64,000 bases of DNA. It comes from Antedon mediterranea (taxonomy: Eukaryota > Animalia > Echinodermata). Where the stretch lies: positions 23,312,001-23,376,000 of the forward strand of contig NC_092674.1 in the NCBI RefSeq assembly GCF_964355755.1. The letters run 5' to 3'. Made by a program: the position numbers and the translations under genes. Numbering within the stretch: position 1 is the stretch's first letter; each line of letters begins with the position of its first letter. Under the pieces are notes generated by a model. The model had not been told where the DNA came from. It saw only the letters and a program-made list of their open reading frames with translations, and made no database searches. Shown here piece by piece: positions 26,737 to 39,300 of the stretch.

Positions 26737-26904
26737 TCTCTGTCTACTTTATTAAACTTGTCACTTGATGTGACAAAAAAGTGTGATGTTCCCAAATATG
26801 GTAGTGATATGCCCAAATATGGTAGTGATATGACATCATTGTGTCCATATAAGTGGGCACATCAAATTTGTTGATACATAAAGTTTGGTAGTGTAGACAG
26901 ACCT
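26737..26904. mobile_element. Harbinger-type MITE, family A; paralog at ~19628-19707 has an internal deletion
   Basis: TIR-like ends and two 21-bp internal units. Confidence 0.7.
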
Positions 26905-27187
26905 TTAGAAAGACATTTTTAAGATTGGTTGCCGGCCCACTTGAAAGCCGAAGTAGTGCACCTTCTTTACAAATTAGTTTTGTTGATGTTTCTGAACTTT
27001 GCAAATAAAATTGCAGTCTTTTCAGTCATGTGACTCAGTGGGTATAAAAAATGACATCCTCGATCCAGTAGGGGCCTAACTTCTCCAAATGGACAAATCG
27101 GATTTTACAACTTTTGTTAAATAATGATACTAATACCATGTCTAAATATTTTCCTGTCACGTGTTTTTGACACGAAAAGTGGTAAAA

Positions 27188-29701
27188 TTAGTTTTGGCAT
27201 GCATCGTTTTGATCCTGATGAAATGGCAGATTTAAAAGGTCACAGTTTACGTTTATTGGGAACATTTCGACGGTGTAATTAGAGGCACATTTACAGCAAC
27301 CAGGATAAGGCTCACACCCAGGATTGCAACAGAGTTGAAAATTCTCGTCCGCTTCTTCTAAAACGCTTTCTCCAAATTCTACATTTTCTGATTCAATCTT
27401 CTTTAATATTGACATTTTATCAAGTATTAAGTCTGACTTGGTGGACAAATCATTTCGCTCTTCTGGGTCACCAAGAATGTCAAATAAAATATGTTGAGAG
27501 AATGTCTCATTCGGTGTAGGCGACGAAATACAGCATTGACCATCAAATCCTGACATAAAATGAGCTTTGTATTTTATGTCACGAACGGCAAACGCTCCTA
27601 TATGAGGTTTAGGAGAGCCCGGGTAGTATAACAGGGAATGTCTTTGAGACTGAAAGAAAAAATAAAAATATATTTTTTATCATTTCTAAAAAAGATATTC
27701 AGACTGTTTTAACTATTACAATCAATTGGGCTAGACCAGCGGATGTAGTCTATCAGGTAGACCGTCTGTATCCCCTCAAATTCCCCCTGCTTTTAAAAAC
27801 TCGGAACCGGCCACATGATCAGCAAGAATGATGTCAATCCATAGACCTACGACTTGCTTGTGATTTTAACTTTAACTCCTCACCTTCCCATGCCCTAACC
27901 AGCCTGCCCTTTGACAATTGATATGGTAACGTCAGATATAAAGAGTTCACTACAGCAGCGTATCCACAGAACAACATATTTGGGAAACTTGCTTTTAGGA
28001 GTAAATTTGTAATTCTAAACCAAATTCAATTTTTTTGAGTAGGAAGCTTTCGATTTCCGACGACTGGACTAGAAACCATAAAATCTGTGTCGAAGCGAGG
28101 AGCGAAGTTTGTTTTCGCATGTGCACAATGAATTTGCTTGACGAAGTTTGGTCGTTTCGTTTGTCGCAAATCAAAAACTTCCAAGTTTGACAGTGATTAA
28201 TAATATTAAATAATAAACCTTTCCATTTTTAAGAAGTACATCTTTAAAGTCAAATCCATCAAGTGTGACGTCAAATTCTTCTGCTAAAGAACCGCTGAGA
28301 CTTCTGAATGTTGGCCAGATATCCAAATGACTTAACAACTCTGTTGAAATTCTACTAGATATTTGACCTTTCCAGTAGGCTATGGTCGGAACTCGGGATC
28401 CACCTTCAAATGTTGTTCGTTTACCACACCTCATTACTCCACTAAATCCACCCTCTTCCATTGCATCCACGTCCGCTCTATAAAGAATGCCATGATAGTC
28501 TGTTAGGCCTAGCTATTCATTTGTTAATCAATCGTCAACAAAATTGAAAATGTTGATGAACTGGAAATTATGGAGATGCTGTCCTCGGGTTGATGGTGGT
28601 AGTGCAACGATGCACTACAGAATGTCCTAAGAAGACGGTTATTTAATAAGAAGAATCAACATCACACTAAATAATGTTTGCAGCAAAGCTTAATTACAGT
28701 ATGGCTTTTAAAACTTACCCATTATCTGACGTAAAAATGACCAATGTATTTTCGATCACTCCACTTCTCTTAAGTTCATCCATCACCTCTCCTACTTGCC
28801 AATCTAGCTCTGCCAAGGAATCTGTGTAAGAACCGCCCTTTGTGGAATTTCTAAATTGTCTACCAGAAAACTGCGGAACATGTGGATGGGAAAATGCGTA
28901 CATAAGAAAGAAAGGAGTAACACTGCACGAGTTCTTTCTAATCCAACTGCGTGCTGCTCTTGCCTGTCGCGCTGCTAGGAGCGTCATATCTACCGGTTGC
29001 TCGATGATTTCGTCTCCCATTAGCAATTGGCAAGGTGCATTAAACATATCACATTGGTCCGGTTGGGCACAGTTGTCGTTCGGATAGAAACACGTGAGAC
29101 AAGGGCAATCAACATGTGAATGAGGTATCCCAAAGTATTCCGAAAACCCATGGTGTAGAGGAAGAAACTCCTTGTTTCGTCCAACACCAAGATGCCATTT
29201 GCCAACTAGAGCAGATTTGTAACCTTGCTTAGCCAGCATCTCTGGGATTGTAATTTCTGCATGAGGTAATCCGCCTGTCATATTTTGATTGAACACTGGT
29301 GCCAATGACTCCGCTGTCGGCCATATACCTGAACGAACGGCATATCTTCCAGTGTAAATGGAGGCTCTGTAATAACAAAAAATTTAGAGGAAATGTTTTT
29401 TTCGTTCGCGCTTCAAATGAACTTTCTTTGTTAGCATTACATCAATGACTTGTAAATGTGCTTACCTTGCAGGACTACATAATGGTGACGCACTGTAGAA
29501 TTGAGTGAACTTAATCCCGTCCTCTACTAACTCGTGTATGCGAGGCGTCTCTGATAAGGCATTGCCGTAAGATTGGAGATCACCAAAACCCAGATCGTCA
29601 GCAAGAAAAATAATAAAATTTGGCTTATTGATGATAGGGCTTTGATAACAACGACAAATGCGTGAAATTAAAAACAATAGAAAAGTCGGCAATGAAGCCA
29701 T
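27188..29701 (-). CDS. ARSA: Arylsulfatase A-like sulfatase, copy B, ~534 aa
   Basis: Exons 29466-29701, 28719-29366, 28219-28477, 27188-27649; same exon lengths (236/648/259/462) and catalytic motifs as copy A. Confidence 0.88.
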
Positions 29702-32700
29702 CTTTTTTGCTTCCAATTTACCTAAAAATAAATTTGAAAAAAACATCAGTTATAGCTTAATGTTGAAGATCTCCAAGGCCGAAATACGGATCATTTGAAG
29801 ATTGGTTATGGAGAAACTGCAGATACGGCTGCCATTCTGAGAGATTGTCTCATGCATTTATCCTGTTGAACAAATGAAGAAAACGAATTAGTAACGATCA
29901 TTCTCCAAAACAATACTCAAAACACTTTCCCGGAGCTAATTACTTTGTTATACCAGGGAAGAATGAAATTACTCTCTTCCCTGGTTATACTTATGTGTTC
30001 ATAATTTCGTAGATATTTAAATTGAATTTCACCGAACGAAAAAAAACAACCTATAATTGATTTTCATGGCAAAAAAACTAGTAAAGTAGGGTTTGCAAAA
30101 GGAAATTAATGGTTGAAAATGTTTCGACGTTTTAGTTGTCTTTTCCAGAACACGGGTGTAGCAGGCCTAAAACAACACTCAACTTCATTCCTTTCAGAAA
30201 CACATCGTATAGGCCTACACAGCAAACCAGGGAAGAGTGAAACTATCAGAAGACTCCACTTACTGTCTTCTAAGTAAACATTAACTTCACTACTGAAAGA
30301 ATTCCTACGATATTGTGAAAGCACCAAGAGGACGTGTCAACTCCAATTTGAATCCAACGATCAAAATTCTTCCTATCTTTCTTTTACTATGAGTCTCGTC
30401 CGGCCGTTTCCAACTCTCGCTCGGTTATGTACTACCAAATGCGTCAACAGTAAATAACTACCCCCAAAAATAATTATTCATTTCAATTATAAATTTGACT
30501 TAATTAGTGAGGTAGTAAATTTATTTCGGCCATAATAAATGAAGTTTAATATTTTTAACTCTACGTTTTTGTTTGAAGAGCTGATATTACCGGTACTCTT
30601 TCGCATCATAAGTCTACGTGTATTTACTTTTCGTTGGATTCATTGTCATCATAGTAAGATTATATTACGTACTAATATTGTTGCGTAAGAGTCGTCTACA
30701 ATCCGGTATCTGATTCAGATTTATCAAACAAACTTGTTTGCAACAAAATTCTCAATGTTTATCTCCGCCTAGAAAGTTATACTTTTGTCTGAAATATTTG
30801 TGTTTGTGTTTGTCGGCAGGATAACGTAAACAAAAAAAAAAGAATCTTTACCACATTTAAACCCCATATATATATATGTAAGACTCCATTCAATTTTGGA
30901 GGCAATCCGGACCAGGATCCCAAGTCTAGACCACATTTTATTATTTTACTGAGGATCATATGCCAAAACTAACAAGACGTATCTTTGCCAAATTTAAACC
31001 ACACATCTGGTCACGGCGACTCCATATGTTGGAGGCAATCCGGACCAAGATCCAAATTCTGGACCACTTTTTATTATTTTACTATTTAGGCCGTGGCAAC
31101 AAAACAAGACGGATCTTTCCCGATTTTTTTATTTCTAGTTTCACCCCTAGCGAAGGTTACAACTTTCTGATTGCTCTTGTTGTCAATGCTTTACCTATTT
31201 CAGTTTTCAAATAATTATTTTAATTATTATTAAGTAAATTTTTAATTTAATTCTCAGATGTCAAAGTATATTCTTTAAGATAAGAATAAGCTTTTGATAT
31301 AAAACCTTTAAGCAATTCTTATATCTTTACTTAAGCAAAACTATTAATAATGCCAGTCCTGGTAGGCCTATGGTATGGTGGTATTTAGTTACTATATACA
31401 ACCTTGTGTGTGCTTGTTCAAGTTACTAATTCGTCATGCAATAATCTGTTCATATTTTGAGACAAAGTTCACTTTGACTTTTAGACGTTTATCAACCAAG
31501 ACAATCTAGCTTGCTTGTTTCAACTGAACTGAACATTTACCATTCTATCTAGACTTTAAAATGAAAAGCACATAAAACAAGTCGGTTACCTAATAGTACA
31601 AACTTAATTATAATGACGATGTTCTTGATATAACTGCGAAGACTCAATCGACACACTGCTTTTCCCCAGAAAATGTACGAACGAATGAATGTTTTACATG
31701 TCATGATGTAATCCTTCCAGCATAATGTTTAATATTCCAGTCATCATTTTCGAATGCAATTGATGTATTTACTTTCACCAAAACATGTGATAAAAAAAAC
31801 AATTATTTACCTGAAAAACTGTAATTTAACGCAAAAATGGTCAAATTGACTGTGAGTTTGGTTTTGTTTGGTTATGTGTGAAAACATTATGTTATATGCA
31901 TTATCGTGCATATAACCTTATTGATTCTGTCAGAATCTTTGTTTATTTATTCTTTCCTTAGCACTATTTTGTCCGTCAATTATCTTGATATCAGTTTCAT
32001 CTAGCTAAGTCAATTTTTCAGAGTACATTCCTTATGGCCAGGAATCGATGTGGTTATGTTTTCACGGTGCGCAATAAAAAATTACGCGGTCTACGCACGA
32101 TTTAACGAAATCAAGTTTGTAATCATATCTTCATAAGCATGAATCACAATTAATAAATATTTGGTACTTATAAATTTCTGGTCATATTTCATCATATGGC
32201 AATACAATTACGTGTGTAGCGCATATAACGCATGCGTACGCGTACTTAAAATTTTCAACATTATCAACATTTATTTTTGATGAAATTAGAGTACGTTTCA
32301 GGCAATTTTAATCATATTTGATTCACTTTTCAACTTGAAATTGCTTTATACGAGCACGTCAAACGTGACAGGCTACGCACGTATAAGTTAACATGATGAA
32401 AATATGCTATATTTTCAAATTAATATAGATCATCAGAATGTTCGGGAACACCTATTTTGCATTTCATTTTCTTAAAGTGTATGTATCGTATGTATAATTT
32501 ATTATGAAATTAAGTGAAAAAAAGTTGATTAAGTCATCATTAATTTCGACAATCAAAGGAACTACGACATTTTCTTTGGCCTAAATAACAAACTTAACAT
32601 TAACTTTATTCTTTAAAATGTTCATATATTAAAGTTAAAAGTATATACTTTTAAATCTTTAAAGATGTCATTATATTAAAAAATTATAATACATTGCGGT

Positions 32701-32780
32701 ATGCAATAATCTACTGTATCTGCACCAAAGTGGTTACTGCATACTAAATACACGGAGGAATCTTTCTTTAACTTTTAGTC

Positions 32781-32850
32781 AGTAGTGTATGGCTCGGTGG
32801 TCGGTGCTCGTATCTATCAGCACGCAAGGTACCGAGATCGAGTCCCACTT
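32781..32850 (+). mobile_element. tRNA-derived (SINE head-like) segment inside the HINE
   Basis: A-box tggctcggtgg and B-box-like gagatcgagtcc; no intact cloverleaf seen. Confidence 0.45.
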
Positions 32851-34285
32851 AAGGAAACGAAACGAAATAAGATTTTTTTTATTATCGTATTATTTGTTCA
32901 ATTTTATTTCTTCTTAGTGTATAGATTATACACATGATTTATAATTAAATTGAGATAAAAAGTAACTTATGTCTTTATTATTATGTAACAAATGTGGTTT
33001 ATGATATTATACATAGAGGGATCTTTGATCGGATTGTGAAACTGGTCATTGTATTTGCGTTAGCAAGATCCTATCATATAATATCCAAAATATTTAAAGA
33101 TTCTAAAAAAATCAATCAATCAATCAATATATCAATTAAAATCAACTATCTTTATTTATGCATATATGACGAATTAAATCTTACTTAAACTTACTTACTT
33201 ACTTATAATTCCTACCTGTACTCCTGATCTTTGTATTAATTTAATGTTTTTGTCATGCACAATCCTTCCAACAAAATATAATACGTTCTTTTTATATATC
33301 AAATTATTTTTGATATTGCTACACTCAATAAGAGGCCTACATCCGTGACAGCACAAATGTGTGCGATTGTAACTATGGTACAAGGTGCGTGATGCTGTTA
33401 GCCATCTTGGTACCAGTTTTACCAATGATGTTGACACCAGTCTACCACGATGAGGTAGCATCTCCGACTTCAGACTGGGATGTTTTTTTTTGTTTTTTGT
33501 TTTTTCTTGTCGAGCTAAAACTTATATTAACCTAAATAAGTTAAGATTATTGAACAAATTACTTATTTTAATCATTTACTATACAATAATATAGGCCTAA
33601 AACCTATTACGAAATTAATAAGGGGAAATATTTTAATAATTACAATCTTATTTTTTTTTTTATTATTATTTCTTATAAATCAACTTACGATAACATTTTT
33701 TAATTAAAATTTATTATTAAAATATAAACTCTTAATTTTTTTTTTATTCTTACTAACTAACTAAAAACTATCAACTAAATATCATTAACAATTTTTTTCA
33801 AACTAATGAAATAATGTTGTTTTTGTTTTTTTCCTCCATTTTTGTATTGCTTACTAACTAAAAACTTACATTAATTTAATAACGGGAATATTAATGAAAC
33901 AAATTACTTATTTTTATCATTATTATCAATAATCTATTTTTAATTTATTATTGGTATTATTAATATCTTCTTTAGAGCTTTTTTTATCATTATAATGTTA
34001 CAATAGCAATATTGTTTTTAATTCACATTACTTATCTTACTTTGTTGTTCTTAAGTACAAGTGCTGCAGTAATCTACATTTTTAAAACGTTATTTTATGT
34101 ACTTATTACCTTAAATAGTACTTAGATATTGCACATCTTAGACTAATCTATTTAGTTTAACTTTTCTTTAATCAAAGTTGTCGTAACATTCCTATAACTA
34201 TATACTGGATCTAATCCCTTAAATTGTTTTGTCTTCTTAACGTAAAATGGTTACTTAAATTATGTTTTAAATTATCTTAATTTGT

Positions 34286-34740
34286 TTAAGAACTATCATC
34301 ATTATTCTCAAAATAGAATGAGTCTTGTAATTCAAATTTCTCAAGAATTGCGTTAATTATTAGGTAAGCTATTGCGGACGGCTTTACTGTTGTAAGAGAT
34401 ATTTTATTTGTAATCAAATATTTGACAGATTCGTGTCTCACTCTTTCTATTCTACGTTTGTTGTTGTTGGTTGTAGCTTTACTGATAGCAATATCGCAAT
34501 AAATGTGAACAAAATCAAGACAAGTGACACTATTGATATTAAAGTTTACTATCTGTAATATTTTAAATTCTATTTGGGCAATTTTTTTAGGATTAAAGAA
34601 GCCAAGATTCCGGAGGCGGTCACAATTTGAAATCACTGTTCATCGATTGAAAGAATTTTTCATTCTGACTTAAATTTGGAATAGTCGTTGGTTATTTTCG
34701 AATATTTGATGACGTAACAATGGTTGCGCAGTTCTATTGT
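34286..34740 (-). pseudogene. Decayed intronless cyclin-box fragment
   Basis: IAQIEFKILQIVNFNINSVTCLDFVHIY and KPSAIAYLII fit cyclin N-box end and C-box patterns; upstream SKFKSE*KILSIDE lies across a stop and a frameshift. Confidence 0.65.
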
Positions 34741-34759
34741 AAGCGCGGTGAGCGCACTA

Positions 34760-35100
34760 GCTAGCCAATGAATACCACTATGTTACTTGACCTACCTTGA
34801 CCTAAGCCGTCCAGACCGTCTGGGAGACTTGTGATGGCTTCTGTTTCATGACCTCTTTCCAGATCCTCCTCCTCCTGGACAATTGCGCCCAAGAGTAAAT
34901 TTGGATATCTTGTGGAGGGCATCCTATTGACCAAAATACCGGAGCCTCTTTTTGGCCATCCTGTCAATTATTGTCGTTCAGCCCAAAGTGATTTTGATGT
35001 TTCTGATCTCGTCAAGTCTGGTTATGCCCAAGATTTTTCTGAGACAGATCATCTCAAAAGTGAGTAGCTCTTGGAAACTAGACTTAATTATAGTCTCAAA
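34760..35100 (-). mobile_element. 5'-truncated RTE-type LINE fragment
   Basis: LLTFEMICLRKILGITRLDEIRN and RMPSTRYPNLLL peptides; aggtcaagg tail; tagtgcgc on both flanks is a possible TSD. Confidence 0.75.
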
Positions 35101-35344
35101 TGCGCGCACTACACATATTGTCATCTCTCTGTATACATCATTATAAATAATAAAAGATTCTGACAAAATCAATAAATCAATATATCTTTTAAAAATCAAT
35201 TATCCTTATTTAAATCAATGCATATAACCATATAATTCGTCATAGTGACGAACTAAATCTAGTTAAATTATTCTTGTCTACGGAAGTGATTAACATTATT
35301 ATTAAAACTATATGTATTTTTTAAAATTAATCTTTATTTTTTAT

Positions 35345-36070
35345 GTACTTAAGATAAGATAAGATAAATCTTTATTGTCATGAACACAACAAGGCGAACG
35401 TGAAATTTGTTTTCCTTGATGCTTTAAAGCATGGCCTACAATATATAAAACATTAAAAAATATCAATAGGCCTACAATACATTAAAACTATATTAGTAAA
35501 AAAGTTATGTTTACAGAAGGAATAAAAAACAAACTATCTTTGAAATGTTGAGTTGTGGACAAATGATTTCCTACATCGAATGGTATTATTGCACATTAAA
35601 AATTCTACCTGATTTATTAACAACACAGGGAAAAATTTCATTTTAAAATTTTGTTTAGCAATTATTGCTAATCAAACTGATTTTTTAGTCGAGAAACATA
35701 GTTTTGTATTGTCTTTTTTGCTATACAATTTTAGAAATGTGTAGCAATAAGGTTGTTTTGTATAGCTTTTTGCTATGCTACACTGGCGAAATTATTCCTG
35801 CAACATATTTATCATTCAATGGGTGTGAGTTATCTTCCATTATTTTCTTAACATCGCGCCTGTAAACTGCGTCGATAACATTGACATTCCTTCAGACTAT
35901 TGTACCAAACAACACAGTTGAAAGTTACAACACTAAGAATAACACTCTGGTGAAACAAAAAAAGTACATCATTAGGCCTGTCCATTGAAATTCAGCTTTC
36001 TGAGAAGATACACTCGTTCATTTTATGTTTTATCTGAGGGACAATACTCCGTTTAATCACTTTTCCTTTA
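35345..36070 (-). mobile_element. Rex/Babar-like LINE 3' remnant
   Basis: Pieces RVYLLRKL, QSVILSVVTFNCVVWY, KKIMEDNSHPL, HFKDS..FIPSV; AATAAA plus (TCTTA)n tail near 35350. Confidence 0.65.
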
Positions 36071-36164
36071 CTTTTATTTTAATTACTCTGTGTGTCACTG
36101 TTTCAAAAGTGTAGCTTCCAAATAAAAAATTACAGTAGGCCTATACTCTTACTTTTGGAAGTGA

Positions 36165-36250
36165 GATATCCCAACGAGAATAAAAGTTTCACGGCAGCCG
36201 TGCGAATATCCCAACGATAAAAACGTTTGATTGGGTCAATCACGTGAGTA
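36165..36250 (+). promoter_or_regulatory. CCDC22 proximal promoter: reverse CCAAT and TCACGTGA E-box
   Basis: ATTGG 36230-36234 and TCACGTGA 36240-36247, ~140 bp before the ATG; direct repeat atatcccaacga x2. Confidence 0.5.
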
Positions 36251-36381
36251 ATCCAGGGTGCTGCTAGCTGCTGCTCTGCTGCTGCTGGCTGAGAGCTCGA
36301 GCAGCACGGAAGACCGGAAGACTGCGGAACAATTTATCTAAATTAATTTTTAAATTACATTACTTTTATAGTATTGATAAG

Positions 36382-39300
36382 ATGGATGAAGTAGATAACA
36401 TAATAATTCACACGTTCCGCCAGATTGGGTGGTAAGATTTGACATCAAGAATCAAAAATATTTGGCTAGCCTAGGCCTAGCTGTAAAGAAATAAAGGCCT
36501 GCTGTAGCTAGCTAGGCCTCTCCCAAGCTAGCACTAGTAGTAGGGCCTACCTAGGCCTAGCTAGAGTAGAGAGAGAGGGGGCCTGGCCCTTCTTGCTAGC
36601 AGGGCTACTCACCAAGCTAGACTCTAGTCTTGGCTTAGCCTTGGTTAGCTACCTTTCCCGTCATAGACCTATCCAACAGTATACACTACAGTACGTATTA
36701 TTTATGCAATTTGAAATGCAGTGCACAATTTGTTGAACACAAAATAAAAACACGAAATGTATTATTTATTAATATAGGCTAGAGGCATAAAAGGGGGAAA
36801 GCCTCGTATTCACTCATCTGCACTCAATCCATCTGGTCGCACCGGCACTACCTCGCCACCCATCCATGCGGCGGCGAGAGGATTGTGGCTTCTGTTTATA
36901 GTTTTTTAGGCTAGCTAGAGCCTGCCACCACATTATTATTATGATTAAAAAAATCTTTGATTTTGATTATCTTTCAGTGACATTGATCCAGACATACAGA
37001 GTCTACAACAATTCTCAACTGACCTTACTGTAGAGGCCGTGGCAAGATGTCTACGAATAATAGACGACAAAATAACCGTGCCAAAGTCTCTTCCACCCGG
37101 CATGTCGGCACGGTTCCGGGTTGGAACCGACCTTGCAAATGCATGCATGGTTAGTACTAACTATCTATAAATGAACTTATGTGATGGAAAAATTTGGTAA
37201 ATCGAATACTCAAGTGTACAAGCTAGTTAAAGAAAGTTTTCTTGTATTGTAGTCATAAACCAGACTTGACAATATTCAGAAATTTCTGAGAGTAATATCT
37301 GGTAGCATATCAACATGCAATGTTTAGGCATGTAATTCATTAATTTATTTTTGTTTCCATGAACAATAAACCATCAAAGAACTGATGACATCAACTTATA
37401 AAATGGTAAACCTCCTTAACAAAAAGGGCAAAAAATAAACAAAATATGGTTCTCAGTAAAGTAGTCCTTTGACATCACATCTCAAACCAATTATTGGTAT
37501 TGATTTTTCAATGTATTTCAAAATTTTGTATCAAATAATACAAAAAGGAATTAAAACAGTTAAAATTTAATAGAAAGTTATTCCAAAAAATATATAATCA
37601 TCTAATTTTTTATTATTTTTTTATACAAGTCATTAGGATACAAAGGTGAAATCGGTTATCAGACTTTCTTGTATGCCAATGAGGCAGATATACGGAAAGT
37701 GCTTATGTTTCTTATTGAGAAACTACCAAAAGAGACATCAACAACAGCAGATGAACCTCTAGGTATGTAAAGAGCTATAATGTCATACATTTAAAGATGT
37801 ATTGTCCCTTTGTCAAATTCCAAAAAAAAAAAAAAAAAAAAAGATTTTGAAAAAAAGTGGGTCATTTTGAAGTATCATAATAGTTTAATTAGTCAAAAAA
37901 AATATCATTTAACTGAAATACAGACGTTTTTTGGTTAAAAGTCAAAGTTTTTGATCGAAACATATCATAATGCAACGTGCTTATTTGGCTACTCTGTATG
38001 CATTAATCATATAACTTTCTCGCGATCTCTGTGAAAACACCTTCTCAACCGTGACGAGTTGTAAACAATCCTAATTAGCATCATGCATAATGTATACTCA
38101 TGGTTTGAAATCTTTGTTTACTTTCGCTCGCGACAATTTTCCAGACAAAATGTAATCAAATAAATTTAGCTGTTAATTACGTAAAATTGTTGTTTTTGGC
38201 TCGAATTTTTGACTTAAAGTGAATAACTTTAAAATTACTTTGATATGGCCAGTTTAAATTTAGAATATTTTGATCTTCATTTTTTTGTGTTTCAAGGGAC
38301 AATACATCTTTAAGCTAAATTAAGCTTGATTCCCAGTAGCATTCAACACAAGCTCGTAAGCGCAAATAATTGGACCAATCAGGATCTGAACTGTTCCTGG
38401 TGATTCGACATGTATGCCCTTGCATTGTATTTCAGTGGGAACCAAGCTGTAAGCTGAAACATTGAATAAAATTGTTAGGTACACTTTAACAAACTGCACA
38501 GGTAACTAATACCTTACCAAGTAGCGAGATGTGTTGTAACCTGTAATTGATGTATTCGGTCCTCTACAGATATGACCCACATATCGGATATACTGACTGT
38601 ATATGCAGTCCCTCAAGGAAGATTTTCCAACAATTTCACATATCCTTTTGTTGGAATATACAAGTCTGTAGATATCCTCATCTGGTTGGTCAGCCTCATT
38701 CTTTGCCCTGTCAAACCCTCTCTTGACCATCTGTCTCAATATTTTATGCCAACACGATTCCAACTTCTTTATTTCATTCTCATTTAGAAACCATGCTTGT
38801 GTACCATAATAAGAGCCTGGATCTTACGCAGGCCTCTAAAACTTTCTTGTCTTCATATAGACATCATGATCTTTTAAAACTTCTTTTAATTCATGGAACT
38901 TTCCTACAGCACTTGATGTTCTATGGTCAGTGAAGCAGGCAGCCATCCTCTCTATTTGTGATTGTATGCCCTAAATAAACAAAGTCTCTTACATTTTCAA
39001 TATCCACTCCATTTATGTTTACTAAGGAACTTTTTCTCTGCTATAGAGAATCCCTAATTAAGGGGACACCTTCATGACCCAGCAAAGTGTCCCTTTAATA
39101 GAGGTTTCTCCTTAGGGTTGTCCATAGTTTTAAAACATATATATCCCCTTGCCTCATATTTTCGAGAAAGTGCCTCTTAAAGATGTAGGTGTCCAGGCGG
39201 AACCAGGATTTTTAAAAAGGGTAGAAGTGAGTGGAGGCAGAAAGTATTTGAGCCATAGGAAATCCCTCCTTCCTCCCAGGGTGACGCCTGTGGTGAAGCG

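Larger units (their letters stand above)
25879..31409. repeat. Tandem duplication unit, copy B (contains sulfatase B)
   Basis: Colinear with 18763-25604. Confidence 0.92.
31918..35263 (+). mobile_element. Composite Helentron/HINE-like element with two 3' ends and internal cargo
   Basis: 5' tattgattctgtcagaatcttt is inverted at ~35152-35173; hairpin ttcgtca-tag-tgacgaa at 35236-35252, then CTAG at 35259-35262; degenerate homologous end at ~33095-33185. Confidence 0.55.

Noticed and set aside
29702-29746. N-terminal extension MFFSNLFLGKLEAKK on sulfatase B
   Set aside because: It runs across a splice acceptor (tttttag) shared with copy A, which lacks this ATG; the start is taken as 29701.
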